64,000 nucleotides of DNA from contig OZ210885.1 in the NCBI GenBank assembly GCA_964658305.1, positions 13,578,001-13,642,000 of the forward strand, written 5' to 3'. Positions within the stretch are counted from its first letter, which is position 1; each line of letters opens with the position of its first letter. Below are positions 40,401 to 53,107 of the stretch, in pieces. Below the pieces are notes generated by a model. That model worked only from the letters and a program-made list of their open reading frames with translations, was not told the origin of the DNA and searched no databases. The position numbers were made by a program, and so were the translations under genes. The stretch is from Leptogorgia sarmentosa (Eukaryota).

Positions 40401-43192
40401 TGTAACCATGAGATTCCAGACCAGCATTCTGACCGACCGAGCTATAGAAGTCACTTGTTGAGTAATGACTTTAAGTTCATGTAGATTTATCTTGTATTTG
40501 TGCAGATGGTTGGTTGTTATTGCTCAGTTGTTATATAATACTGTCCAAACAAAATCAAACTGCCACAGATACTGCCAAAGAACATTAAGTGTTTTACTTC
40601 CCATCCCTGGTCATGATCAGGTCTTAAACATGGTAGCTACAGTATATATAATCCTCACATTGATTACCTCATTTATTATATATTCCTGTACTTTGCCGAT
40701 AGCTTAGAGTATAGATGGGGGGTGGGGGAGAATTAACAAGGGGAGGGGGCACTGATTTTTTAGTTTGGGTCATATGTTACAATAAAGTAGACCACAACAT
40801 TTAGTTGGTCTATGAAACATCAATGAAATTGTTGATTTCTTGTCAAAATTAACACTGGCTCTGCCCCATTTTCTTATCTCCTTATAGAAATGTGATTGGT
40901 TCAGCTGTTGACATCATCCAACAACAATACATAGTGTGAAAAACTTGATTTTCAACCTGAATCAAGGCTGCCAAATTAGAACATTTAGTTTCCTAAGATT
41001 ATAAAATAAATTAAGGTAAGTTAATTGTCCAGTAACAAACTTCAGAATGTGGTCAGTATTACCAGCGGATAACAGAATTGACAAGCATGAGGTGCTCCTT
41101 GATCGAGAATCAGTGTTGATAGTTAAGGAAAAGTGCACATATTATTTTTATGAGGGTGAACATATTAACATCTTTGTTGTCAATGGTTTTCCAATATGGT
41201 TTTTATTTTAGTCACCTACATATATATAGATTACCTACTTAATGCAATTGTATATAACCCCATGTGTCTCTCATCTCCCACAATATTTCCTGACAGTGAG
41301 CCCAGTATTTCAAAATGTCAAACCTTGTGGTATCATTTAATATGTAGATAGTGGAAAAAAAATTTGCTGGTTGTCGATAATCAGTCATCGCACTCAGACA
41401 TTAACCCAATTTCAACATAATGTTAAAATTAGGATTTCATTTTTTGTGGGTAGTTTCTCTCCTTTTGTATCTTTGATCCTTTTGTATCTGTATTTCTAAA
41501 TCTTCATGATTTTGCTGGATCTTCCCATTCTGTTGCCACAATTACCCATGATCCAAGATCTTGCCATGCTCTTGCCAAGATTGTATTATCATTCAATCAT
41601 GATCTTGTAACTTCCTGGCATAACACATGTTAAAGGCCTCGACAAAATTTTCCCGGAATGTTGCAAGATTCATCGAAGATTTATCTTCATAACGTCTGGC
41701 CATGTGTGATCAGCAGAAGATTGGACGTTTTGAGCGAAGGCCCTTCGTTGGGAGTTACTTAATTACAAATTGCCGCCGGAAGGGGGGCCTTTACTCTAAA
41801 TGTCAAATGTGTCGTTTAAGTAGAACCTTTCTTTGCTGTCTGTTGATGTTGTTATCAGCTTTTCTTTGACGTTCGAGATCTTGTCAAAATCTTTCTGGAT
41901 CATCACATGTTGTTGTTGGCAAAAACAAGCATGGGAAAAGTGGTCTGATGCTTAAAATGTATATACAGATGTATACGGATGTATATATGGTAAATGTATT
42001 TCTATCGTATGCCTTTTGGTGATGAATAGTGGCAGTGCTTGTATTTACTAATAAATTTTGAAATCTTCTTTAATTCTGAATGTGTGTAGTTGCTGTCCAC
42101 CACGAAACGAAAGGCAAAAACCATATTTATTTGCGTTTGTAGGGAGTTCAATTCAAATTTGTCATTTGAGTTCAACGTTAAATTCAACTTTTCTGATGGT
42201 AGGATCGTATTAACGTAGAAAGGTATGTAAGAAACAACATTGACAGATAGATTATAGAATCCTTTATTTTAAGCGTTTGAATAAGGCCCTTAATCGAGCA
42301 AAACGAGCATCACTATGGATTACACCGATATTCTTCTGTCTCGCGTATCCCGGGAGTGTGCAAGTATTCTACTGTGCACTTGAGGCCATCCTTATTGTAC
42401 ACTAAATCTTGTTTCACTGCTACAATATTTAAATAATTGCTACTATCACAGTTGTGCGAAGACTCTTGATTGACAAATTTTTACCATATCCAACAAAAAT
42501 TTTTTTGCCAAAAATACACATCGTAAAAATCGAAGTAATAAAACCTTTTTTTTTGACTTCATAATATTTTCTGATTTCTCTAGGAACAATCTTTACTCCG
42601 GTCGCCTCATGTGGAAATCAACCTAAGTTTTTGGTAAGTGTGTTAGTATATAATTTTTCAACGACTTATCTATCTATCTAGTACCTCTGCAAAACGGACA
42701 TTGTTGGTATTTTAGTTTTTTGATGTGTTGGCGTAACCTATAGCAAAAATATGTAGTGTTGGTTGACCTCATTCATCGTCCGTAATTCATCAACTATTTT
42801 AAATCCTCGCTTCGACATCCCCAGACACGGTTGATCCTACGAGATCATGTCGAGATTCCTTCATGATTCAGTCGTGATTTGTAAGCGGACAACTTTAGTG
42901 TAAAAAAGAGTAACTTAAGTGTAAAAAAGAGTAAGTGGACAACTTTATTCGAACGCTTGAACTGCTGTAGTTGGAGAAAACAGCCCCAATTATTGGCCAA
43001 AATCCACCTGTGTGCAAGCGTTGCTTAACTCATTCACGAGATCCGAAGCAATTCACATCACTGTACAAATTTCACAATATTAAATTTCTAATATTTTTTC
43101 ATTTTCGGACCATTTATATCATTTTTCGCCGCTTCTCTTCAAATTATTTACCATGCGATGCTTACGTGCCTTAGATTTACTGTAAGTGTGTA

Positions 43193-45276
43193 ATTATTAC
43201 GCGAACCACTGAGTATTTTCATAAAATACACTACAACGGTAACTCCGAATAACGTATAAGCATTTTGATTCAACGTTTCGACTTCATTTAGTCATCTTCA
43301 GGATTAGGATTAGGATGTGATTTTTATCTAAGTTTGTTGGCCAATGTTGTAGGGAATCCGTTGTGACGCGAAATTCCTGACTTGCTAAATACATGATTAT
43401 CGCAGTTCTGCACATGCGCAAATGATGTGCGTCATCCACGCTGGCTCATGAATTTCGCAACTGCTGAAGCTACAACAACACGTTTTACTTTGAAATAGAT
43501 TTTTAAGTGATTTTCCTACAAAAATTCTTTACGAATGGCTCCAAATTCAAGTACGGCATCTGTTGCTGACTGTGCTAGTGTTGAAGTAGCGAAGCATCAA
43601 TCGAAAGTCTGTTTCGCGAACAGCCCACGGCCTATATTAAACTCATTGAGTCGTTTCTATCTAATTTAACTAGTTGGTGGTGCGTATATTGTGCGTATGT
43701 TGAAATATCTTCATATTATAGTTGTATGAATGATTCAATGTCATTGACATTGTGCATTTGTAGTTCAAATAATTTACTGAACAGTCAAAACTGATTTAAA
43801 AATATTTAAACTTTTCCTTATAAAACCGCAGCTTAAAACTAGGGCATAGCGATCTACCTTACAATGGTATCCGAAGATACCTACATAGGTAGGCCTAAAA
43901 CGCGTTATACTAGTATAATAATCAACTTTTTTTTGCAAAGATATTCTATATGCAAAATATATTTCTATTTATTTATTATTCATTTCCCGTAAAGTCGCAG
44001 ATTGTTTACTGACTATACTCTATATAAAGTATAATCGATAAAAAACACATATATTCCCGATTGTTTTGTAATATTAGAAATATCAAATATTTTTGATTCT
44101 AGCTTCGGTGTTCGATACAATACATTATTATAGCATTAAACACGATATAAACCGAGATGTGAGCCAAGAAAAGTGGTTTTGATTGAGGTTTTCATCGGGT
44201 CAGGTATTTCGCAAGCGTCATGTATTTCCCGCCTACATACGCGAAATACATGAGCCGTCACGCTTGGTCAAGAATTTCGCTTGACACCGTTCCAAGACAT
44301 AAATTTGCGAATTTTCGTTATCTACCAACATACCACTTCACAGCGAAAACACCATACGACCACACTTTACGGCGAAAACACCATAAAACTGATCCTTGAT
44401 GATTGTACCAAAACTCAATTTTCCGTCAACGGTGATCTTTATAAACAATTTCGAGTTTCGATGGGTTCGCCTTTAAGTCCAACTTTAGCTAACACTCATC
44501 ATGATGGCATTAGAAGACGAAATAATAAAAGACCTTTTCCAAAACGATACTATAAAATTCTATATAAGATAATGTTGATGACATACAGTTCACGCATGAA
44601 GAGTTCGTCGATAACGAGGTAATTTTTTTGGATATCGAATTAACATCTAACGGCACTTCGATTTTTCGTAAGAGCACACACACAGGCCAGTATATCCATT
44701 AATCTAGTTTTACTCCGTGTTCGTACAAAATTGCACGGATTAGGTCACTTGTGCATAGTACTTGCACTGTTTGGTGCAAAGATAAAACACCTAAGGAGTT
44801 TCAAAGTTCCGTGGTTTATAAATTTTCATGTCCTGGGTGCGGCAAAACATACATAGGAAAGACAGACAGATGCCTCTATACAAGACTGAACGAACATGCA
44901 ATCACAGACAAAAACTCAGAGATTGATAAAAACATTAACACTTGCGAACAATTTAACTATCTGAACCTACTGAACAACTGCAACATCATAGACAGGGCTA
45001 AGCATTGGTCAAATCTGCTGTTCAAAGAAAAAAATCATTCATCGACAAAAACCGGAACTGAATCATGGGACTAAAGCATCTAGAGAACTATCGGTTGTCT
45101 TCTGATTAGATATCAAATTACGTCGAGTATATATAACGCATGCACATGAAATAGAACCATTCCTGAATCCTGATGATGACTAAATAAAGTCGAAACGTTG
45201 AATCAAAATGTTTACGTTATTCGGAGGTACCGCTGTTGTGTATTTCATGAAAATACTCAGTGTTTCCCGTAATTAT
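43193..45276 (+). mobile_element. Decayed Penelope-like retroelement with inverted terminal repeats
   Basis: RT fragment FSVNGDLYKQ..VSMGSPLSPTLAN (44281-44622); GIY-YIG fragment VVYKFSCPGCGKTYIGKTDRCLYTRLNEH (44751-45074); about 110-bp inverted repeats at 43193-43305 and 45165-45276 with CTGA[T/A]GA..GAC..GTC-GAAAC hammerhead-like cores. Confidence 0.85.
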
Positions 45277-46630
45277 AAGTAGGCTATGTATATGCATATT
45301 TCAGGATGGACAGGATATGTAAAAAGAACAATGTTTTACTTACGTCTGATCATAGACGATTGTCTATGATCTAAGTGACTTTTAAGCGCTTATTACATTA
45401 ATATGGCACGGCTTGAATGACATAATTAACGAAAGAAATATATTTAATCGTTGTCAGTTTGCAACTATCCATAATATGCTCGAAATACGGAACACACTGC
45501 GAGGCAACGAATATTCGGAGACAGCGTTGAGTGGTCAATACTTTCCACTCGCCTTTCCAATTGAATAAATCTGGCTTGTCTGATTGTTCAAAACTGGGTT
45601 ACTCATATAGATAAATTGCGATAGCAAAGTAGGAAGTAAGATAATATAATATGTTACGGCTTTAAAAGGAGAGATGCGCATGACAAAAATTTTGGTTGAG
45701 TGAAATAATAATGTTGGATACTGCCTTGTAGCTTTACCAGTGGTGGCGCCAAAGGGCGGTGGGGGGAGGTATATGGAAGACAGCGGAGATGCCATTTCCG
45801 ACCATCAAGAGATTCCAAAGTTCTAAAATTTTCTCGTTCAGGCTCAGCGCCAATCCTAGTGGCGGTGTATGACGTCTCGTGAGCTGCGGTTCCCACCCAA
45901 ATAAAACCATTTTCTAACGCCCTGTTAACGTATCATTTCGCCCGGCGAGAGAGGGGGCCAGTGGCCTGTTGATCCCCCCAATTTTTGCAGTGCAACGGGA
46001 AAGAAAATTGTTGGCCTCTCTCTGAAACGTTAAAGCCGCCCCCTAATATTCCATAAGAAAGGGGCCAGAATACCTTTTGCTGCCGAATAATTATTTGATT
46101 TATCGTTATTGCAGCAAAATGTTTCAATTTATATGAGACCTCGATGCACTCGAGTCTCATATACTCACCCCACGTCTTATCTACAAATTACTGAATAATT
46201 ACATATAATTGTCAAAGGCAGTGGATACTAGATTATGTCAACAAACAGCAAAAGTTCTACTAATTACCTAAAGGATAAACTAGGATTCGATGTTTTGTGC
46301 AACGGCCCTCGGGCATTTTAACACACACTAATTTTTGACTATTGGACTTTGCTTGAAGCATTAATTCTTATTGCATTTGTTCAGCTAGTGGGCAGAACTT
46401 TAGTTGATGTTGTTATTCGGTAGCGGTACCTATATAGCTACTGGCCACATGTTGAAGTTTGTTACCAGATGATTCCATACAATTATTTTCAAAGAAACTT
46501 CTACTTTCACATTTTTGTAAAACACTCAAAATGTCAGAAAGTAATTATGTCTGTACTGTTTACAAAAGCTTTGTGCTTTGGTAGCTAAAATTGTAACACC
46601 ATTATTTTATGTTTACTTCATAGAACGGTA

Positions 46631-47216
46631 ATGATATCAGAGGAAGAACAACATTGGGTTTTAGTTGGCATTGCCTTTACCAAAGTTCTTGCACCTGCAT
46701 TGAGGAAAGTTGTCGCCACTGAACTTGGGAAGTGGTATAATTCTTTATGCCAACCACCTGATGAAATTCACAAGCAAGATTTCGCAGCATACAGAAGGAA
46801 GAAATTACCCCCTTCCACCCATAACCTACAATATGAAAACATTAACAACAACATTATTCACAAGCCTACTAAATCAGCTTATGATTATGCTGTTAAAGAT
46901 CCTGTCTCGTTGGCGAAACTATTCGTCACGGACTTTATGGCACATTTCACTGGATTTGATGAAACCATGGATATGTCAGCACTTTTGACTATTATCGGCA
47001 AGGCAGCCCCTTTTGTGTCTTCTGGTGCTGCAGCTGAAGCAAACAAAGTTCGGTCGGACATCAGAAACCCATGGGCTCATTGTAACATCTCTGAATGGAC
47101 AGTAGACATGTTCAATGACTCGTTTCAAGGAATGGAATCTTTGGTCAAAATATTAAATTTACCAATAGCTGACGAAAAAATAATTTGTGATGAACTAGAT
47201 TTCTGGAATAAAACAG
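46631..47216 (+). CDS. Gene B first coding exon: DZIP3-like HEPN domain
   Basis: Acceptor tag at 46621-46623; HWVLVGIAFTKVLAPALRKVV...DMSALLTI...IRNPWAH; ACAG|gtact donor. Confidence 0.8.
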
Positions 47217-48245
47217 GTACTGTATTATTAGCATTATTGCCGGAATTTCATCATGCCTTTAAATATGTTTCGCGCAGATCATTTTTTATCTCCGGTAAGA
47301 AAACCCCCATGTGTTGAAAGAATTTCTCTTATTATTCATTTATTATTATTATTATCATCCAATTTTATTCATATATTACCATATATACAATTCAATGCGA
47401 TTCTCAATATGATCAATCGTTGAAATTATATGGCGTCGAACAGGTAAAAAAAATTAAATTCTCCAATTGTGTAGCTATACTTTGAAACTTTACATAGAAA
47501 TCTAGTGTTGAATTGGTGACAGTGATTTATTTTTAGACCTTCATATAAGTGCAGAAGTTAAATGCCTTTAATACTGTATACAACGTGATATACAGTATAG
47601 TACAACTAATATATGCTGACATATGCATAAAATCAAAATATTGACATGAATTAGACTTCGTAAATCGTACTAATTCCAGTTGGACATTTGTGTTCAAAAC
47701 TTCAATCATTCAAAAGTCGGGAATGTTTAACGCAATTTTGCCAATTTTTTCATTTTAGTATTAGGCTCGCAAAATTGATAGACTTTTCTCGATAAGGATA
47801 TAAATGCATGGGTAATACTAAAATATACAAAATTTGAAAACTTTACAGGGTCATATTTTTCGCATTTTAAAACATTTCTCAACCAGACTTTACAGTTTTA
47901 CTAACTTTGTGATACTCTTTAACGCTGTTGCTCTGGATTGTACTATTTCGAAATTTTTGCATGTCTATATCATGCAAAAAATCTACTTTACTCAAAACGT
48001 CCAACCTATTTGCATTGTTTAGGTAGTGGGTATGACATGTGCTGCTTGCTGATGTTGTTATCCCCTACCTACTACACTGGCCGCATATTGAAGTTTGCTA
48101 ATAACGACAGCAGACCATGCTTATCAAATAGTTTGTATGGACAGCGGGGCATGCTTTTTCATGTATCCTTCGTGCTACGCGCATTAGCAGCGGTATACTT
48201 ATAGTGTTTGCGATACTCAAGATAAATTTTCTTCATTATTTCCAG

Positions 48246-48340
48246 ACATTCTTGTTGATGGTCGTCACGCAAAACTAATTGCAGAAAGTGTAGCTGAACT
48301 TTGCCGTTGTATCAAAAACTACGATTTGGACGCCACAAAG
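48246..48340 (+). CDS. Gene B exon 2 (linker, DILVDGRHAKLIAESVAELCRCIKNYDLDATK)
   Basis: tccag acceptor, AAG|gtttga donor, phase 1 to 0. Confidence 0.75.
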
Positions 48341-49346
48341 GTTTGAGGAACTTTTGATGTTTCATTTAACAGTCGTTGAATAAGTAGGAAGACGCTGTTC
48401 AAATTAAAATAAGACATGTTTCAAATGCGAGCCAATGCAAATTTTCAGCGTGGGAACGCAATACTTAGAACGAAGCGTGTACCGATGAATAAAACACACT
48501 ACATATCAATTACTGATAAATAAAATACTCTTTTAGGGGGAAAAAAACTAGCCCAAGGGGCTGGGACATCCCATTAAGCAAAACAATTTAGCCATTCTCA
48601 TAGGCAAGAGATAAACCTAAATTTTGATAGATAACAATTATTTTTCCTTGAAAAATTGCTATTTCAACGTTGAACTACAAATTTCTGAAAAGTTTAGAAA
48701 CTAGGAAACTTGCATATCAAATTTCAATAGACCTTATGTGTAATGTCGTCACAAGAATTTTAGCTCGTATTCGACTTTACATCTGTGTCGACCAAGCATT
48801 GAAATATTTCGTCCTCACAGTGACGTAAAAATTAATCGATGGCAATTCGAAAATTTTGAGAAAAAAGGGCCAATTTATAAGAGAGGAAAAAATAGGTACG
48901 CATGTGGGTAGCCCGTCAAAGATCGGCGAAGCAATTTTCCCTTTCTCTAAAATCCTAACCATTAAAGTCAGGAAAATATTGATAATGCTCAGACGGTTGA
49001 GCACACGGGCGTGCGTCGCAGTTCAAACAAACCAAGTCCACAGAGTTTCCGTCATCTCTCTTCAGCTAGCCACAATGCGTAGTTTCTGTCGCGAGGATTC
49101 TTGACTTGTTCAGTAATTGCCTTCAAGTTGTCCTTTAGTAATTCTATTTAATTTGGGAATTAACTGTTTAAGCGACTGGCTTCTGTTTCTCATCTTTGCT
49201 GGGCGAGAGGTGCATATAACTCCATCTTTTATCGACTAGAGCACTCCTTTTTTAATGTCTTTGAAAAACTCACTCGTGCATGTTTTTTTCCAAATTGCAC
49301 TCGAAACCATACAATTACCTATACTAATAACGTTAGATTATAACTA

Positions 49347-49802
49347 ATATTATACCTCAAATTCAAATTGTCCAATGAAAAAACAGCATTTGTACCACGT
49401 GATAGTGTGATTTTTTTAAGGTATTTCACTCAAATTCATGATTTCGCAATCCAGCGTGGGATACTATAATATCCCACGGCAGATCCACCGTGGGATATTA
49501 TAGTATTCCACGCTCACGCGTGACGCGTGGGCAACACGCGCTTGGCATAGCTAATTAGCTATGCAAAATGGCGGGCGAGCAAGACTCGGACGAAGAAATA
49601 AATAGACTTCTTGAAAACAATGATGCAAAAATATTTTATTTTATTCGGTATAATATATCATTTATAGACCCTCCACTCGGGGGATTCGGCGTAATATTTC
49701 CCGAAGTGATGATATTTTCCTCGGGGCAAAGCCCCTCGGAAAATATCATCACTTCGGGAAATATTACGCCGAATCCCCCTCGCTCCGGGTCTATAAATGA
49801 TA
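49347..49802. mobile_element. Hairpin-ended non-autonomous element in gene B intron 2
   Basis: Absent at the matching gene A site (about 20370); long palindrome 49657-49801 with GGGGC-AAA-GCCCC apex. Confidence 0.75.
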
Positions 49803-49906
49803 ATTATTACATCACACACCTTAAGCCGCTTTGTGAAGTTGAGAGTGATTTCAGATTTGTTTCAGCCCGTAAATTGAATATTACTAAATCAATTTTATCT
49901 ATTCAG

Positions 49907-50111
49907 ATAAATCCAGTGATGGAGAAACTCGATAACATACAATCCACACTGCTTAGCAAAATTAAAGAGGTTGAAAGGTCTGCAGCTGAGAACTCAGAAA
50001 AACTTGGACATCATTCAATGGAACTTAAACGTCTGGCGGAGAAAACAGATGAAATCGAATGTCGTCAGAAAAAGCCGTGGACGGAGCATTCAGATTTTGC
50101 AGAGAAAAAAG
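49907..50111 (+). CDS. Gene B exon 3 (coiled coil)
   Basis: Near-identical to gene A exon 3 apart from an in-frame 9-nt indel (NSE). Confidence 0.8.
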
Positions 50112-50672
50112 GTAGTGTTTCAATTAACAAGGAAAGATGGGAAACTATTTATATTTATGCAAAATATATTATGCAGGAAAATTTACAAAGTACTCTAGTA
50201 TTAGGCAGCCATTCAATTTTCAAAATTTTTTCCCCACGAACCTTCCCGGACTTCAACGTTCTGTTTCTAAGAATTTCTTGCAGGAAAATATCTCGTTAGA
50301 GTAAACGGCAACAGGAATGCAATATGTCTTCTAACACTTCCCAGATTTAGTGGGAATCCGAAAGCATTGGCAGTGCAGTACGCGCTGTCGCACTCATCAT
50401 AACTAAAAATGAATTTTAATGTTGGGCGGGTTAACTGCGTAGGTTACAGCAAAATAAAAAACGCTCGTGAAAAGTTGACGCAGCTCAATTGCGACAAGAA
50501 TGCTTAAATGTTGCTGATTGTAGTTAAATGCTTCATCTTTTGATTTATGTCCTAAAGTGCCTCATTATCATTTTGATTTATGATATTGACTTTAATTCTT
50601 TAACAAACATAATAAATACACGAGAACGAGACTGGATCCAGTGCACGGTGTCAGCCTGACTAAAAATATACA

Positions 50673-50821
50673 AACTACTAGGGTAACTATTATAATAATT
50701 TTATACAAGCATTTAAATAGGTAAAATTAGGAATGACAAGTAGACGTCCTATCCAAAGAATTCCTAATTTTATCTATTTAAATGCTTGTATAAAATTATT
50801 ATAATAGTTACCCTAGTAGTT
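50673..50821. repeat. About 62-bp local inverted duplication specific to gene B
   Basis: Arms 50673-50734 and 50760-50821; gene A (about 19400-19515) has only one arm. Confidence 0.88.
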
Positions 50822-52217
50822 GCTGTAAATCGGGATCAAACGTTGTTGTGAAAATTCCGGATAAGTTTTGTACAAGATTTTTTTGTACAAGTTCCAACCT
50901 GCGAATGGTTAATAGAACAGGAAGAGCGTAATTGTATCATACGTTTCATTCTATTGCACTCTTATAGTATACAAATAATGAATGTTTATGAGTGCAATGG
51001 TAAGAATATTTTCATGAGGTGAAAGATGGAATGTTCAATTCGTACTATTGCACTCTTGGGAAATGGAACTTTCTATTCAATATCACGTGACCATAATTAA
51101 CCAATCAAACGACCTGAATGTAATGCGGTATTATATGTATAAATGCGTATGCACCACAATGCAATTTTTTTTTATTCAACACGGCGCAAAATAATGAATT
51201 CACGGCATTTCAGCAAATCAAAATATATTTCAAATCACCTGAGCAATTAACATACAATGCCTTTTAAAATATGCACAATGACACGAGACAGCGTAACTAA
51301 AATGATACGTTAGCTAATACAGGATGTATCAAAAGACAATTTTTAAATCGCTCTCAACTACGTTAAGCGGCTTGAGGTAAAAAGTTCTTGGTGACTACAC
51401 ATTGCTTGGGTACTTATAATGTAGAAAAAAGAAAAAAAAATTAAATTCGAAATTGGAAAATCCAAGGGGGTCTTTTCCAACAGACAAGAATTGCTTTTTA
51501 TAAAAATTAATTCTTTCAAGGGACACCTTAATGTTGCAACTTCGGGGCAACACACCTTCATGAGATCGGTCAACAATTTCCTGTAGTTCTTCAAGATTTG
51601 AAATGTCCGAAGTATGTGTTACTACCTCGCATTCAGATTTAGCACTATCACGCTCTATGACTCTTCCATCATAGATGCAACGCAACATCGCCATGCAACA
51701 ATTTGTCTTTTCTCAAAGAGCCAGGTTCAAAGCTTATATTATTCGTCGGATTGACCTCGTTCATTGAGTAATTATCAACAAAGAGTTCTTTTAAGTTATC
51801 TCCCACATTATTTTCGAAGGTCAGCATGATTCCATGTGATAATAGGTTAGATTTGGGTTTCAGAAATTTCTTATATTTGCCACCTGATGAAATGAGAAAA
51901 AGTCTCATTATTTTTGCACGGGATCAATCGCGTGCAAAAATTGTTCAGCCTGACTATTTGTCCCCCATCACCCCCCCCCCCCTGAAACAATCTTGGAACA
52001 ACGATATCACGCCATCTGGTTTGCTCAAAAAGATCCAGGCAGAATCCTTAACGGGGGAAGGGGGTATTAAAACAAATTGAAATAGATCTGGATAAATTCA
52101 TGTGTGAATATGAGAAAAATGTTTGAAGTTGCTAAAGTCTCATTTTGGCACGGGATTGTAGATCCATCCCTGTTTAGTTGTATTCATCCAGCACATTCCG
52201 TTCATTTTATATTGTAG

Positions 52218-52555
52218 TTGCGTATGGATTACGCAATCTACCTCGTGACATGGTGGAAAGACCGTCAGAAGTGAACGACATATTGAAACTACTTACAGAA
52301 GGAAATAATAGAGTTGGTGTGGTCGGGAATCGTAGCGGCGACGTCGTTGGTATCCGTGGTATGGGGGGTCTGGGTAAGACCATCTTAGCTCTGGCTGTCG
52401 CTTGGGCTGCCAAAGAATCTCGTCAGGTAATATGGCTTGATGTTGGAGAAACTCCTGACTGCTTATCACTCATTAACCTGCTCATAAAAGTTCTTGGTGG
52501 CGAAGCCTCGTTCACTGATATCCGGGCAGCGCAATCCTGGGTCTCAGCAAACACG
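52218..52555 (+). CDS. Gene B exon 4: NB-ARC Walker A
   Basis: GMGGLGKT; four amino-acid differences from gene A. Confidence 0.9.
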
Positions 52556-53107
52556 GTATGTGTGAATTATTTGAACTTTTTGTAATACTCATTGATGCGT
52601 TATTACACAAAATTGTTGTCAAAGTTACTGGTGATGCAAATAGTGCGTTATTTAAACTTCCACTGACTCCGCCATAAGAGGAAAACAGAGAAAGTGATTA
52701 ACGTGATGAGATGGATATCAGGTTTTTTCGTTTCAAAGTAACGAACACACATGTAAGTTTTTTACCACTAACAGTATGCCTATGACAAAGACGAGGATAC
52801 ACTAGGTGAGGGTCGCCCCCTTTTAATCAGTGCCATACATAGCCCGATAATGCGCGGGGATCATATTCATGTATATTCGTATTCTTAATGACTTTTTCGA
52901 AATCTATATATTGTCTTTGAACTTTGTAAACGCGGATATATGAATGCGCCTTCTCCAATTACCGATTTGGCTACCCATCTATTGATAATTCTGAAGCAGT
53001 GGCAACGTTGCTTCAGCTTCGATCCAGTTAATTTTACCCATGCGACAAGAAACTCGAAAAGCATCAACACAACGACAGTATGTAAAGCAGTTCTCGATGT
53101 ATTGCAG

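Noticed and set aside
39180..41480. Protein-like patches on the minus strand (e.g. ORF 39402-39629)
   Set aside because: Frequent stops, no recognisable motif and no consistent exon chain; cannot be supported without a homology search.
41712..41745. Hammerhead-like remnant on the minus strand (CCAACGAAGGGCCTTCGCTCAAAACGTC)
   Set aside because: Both CTGA and GAAA core motifs are mutated; not a credible ribozyme.
49568..50299. 243-aa ORF (and 20051-20575) as stand-alone genes
   Set aside because: Only the internal splice-bounded parts are exon 3; the remainder reads through a palindromic insertion and intron sequence.
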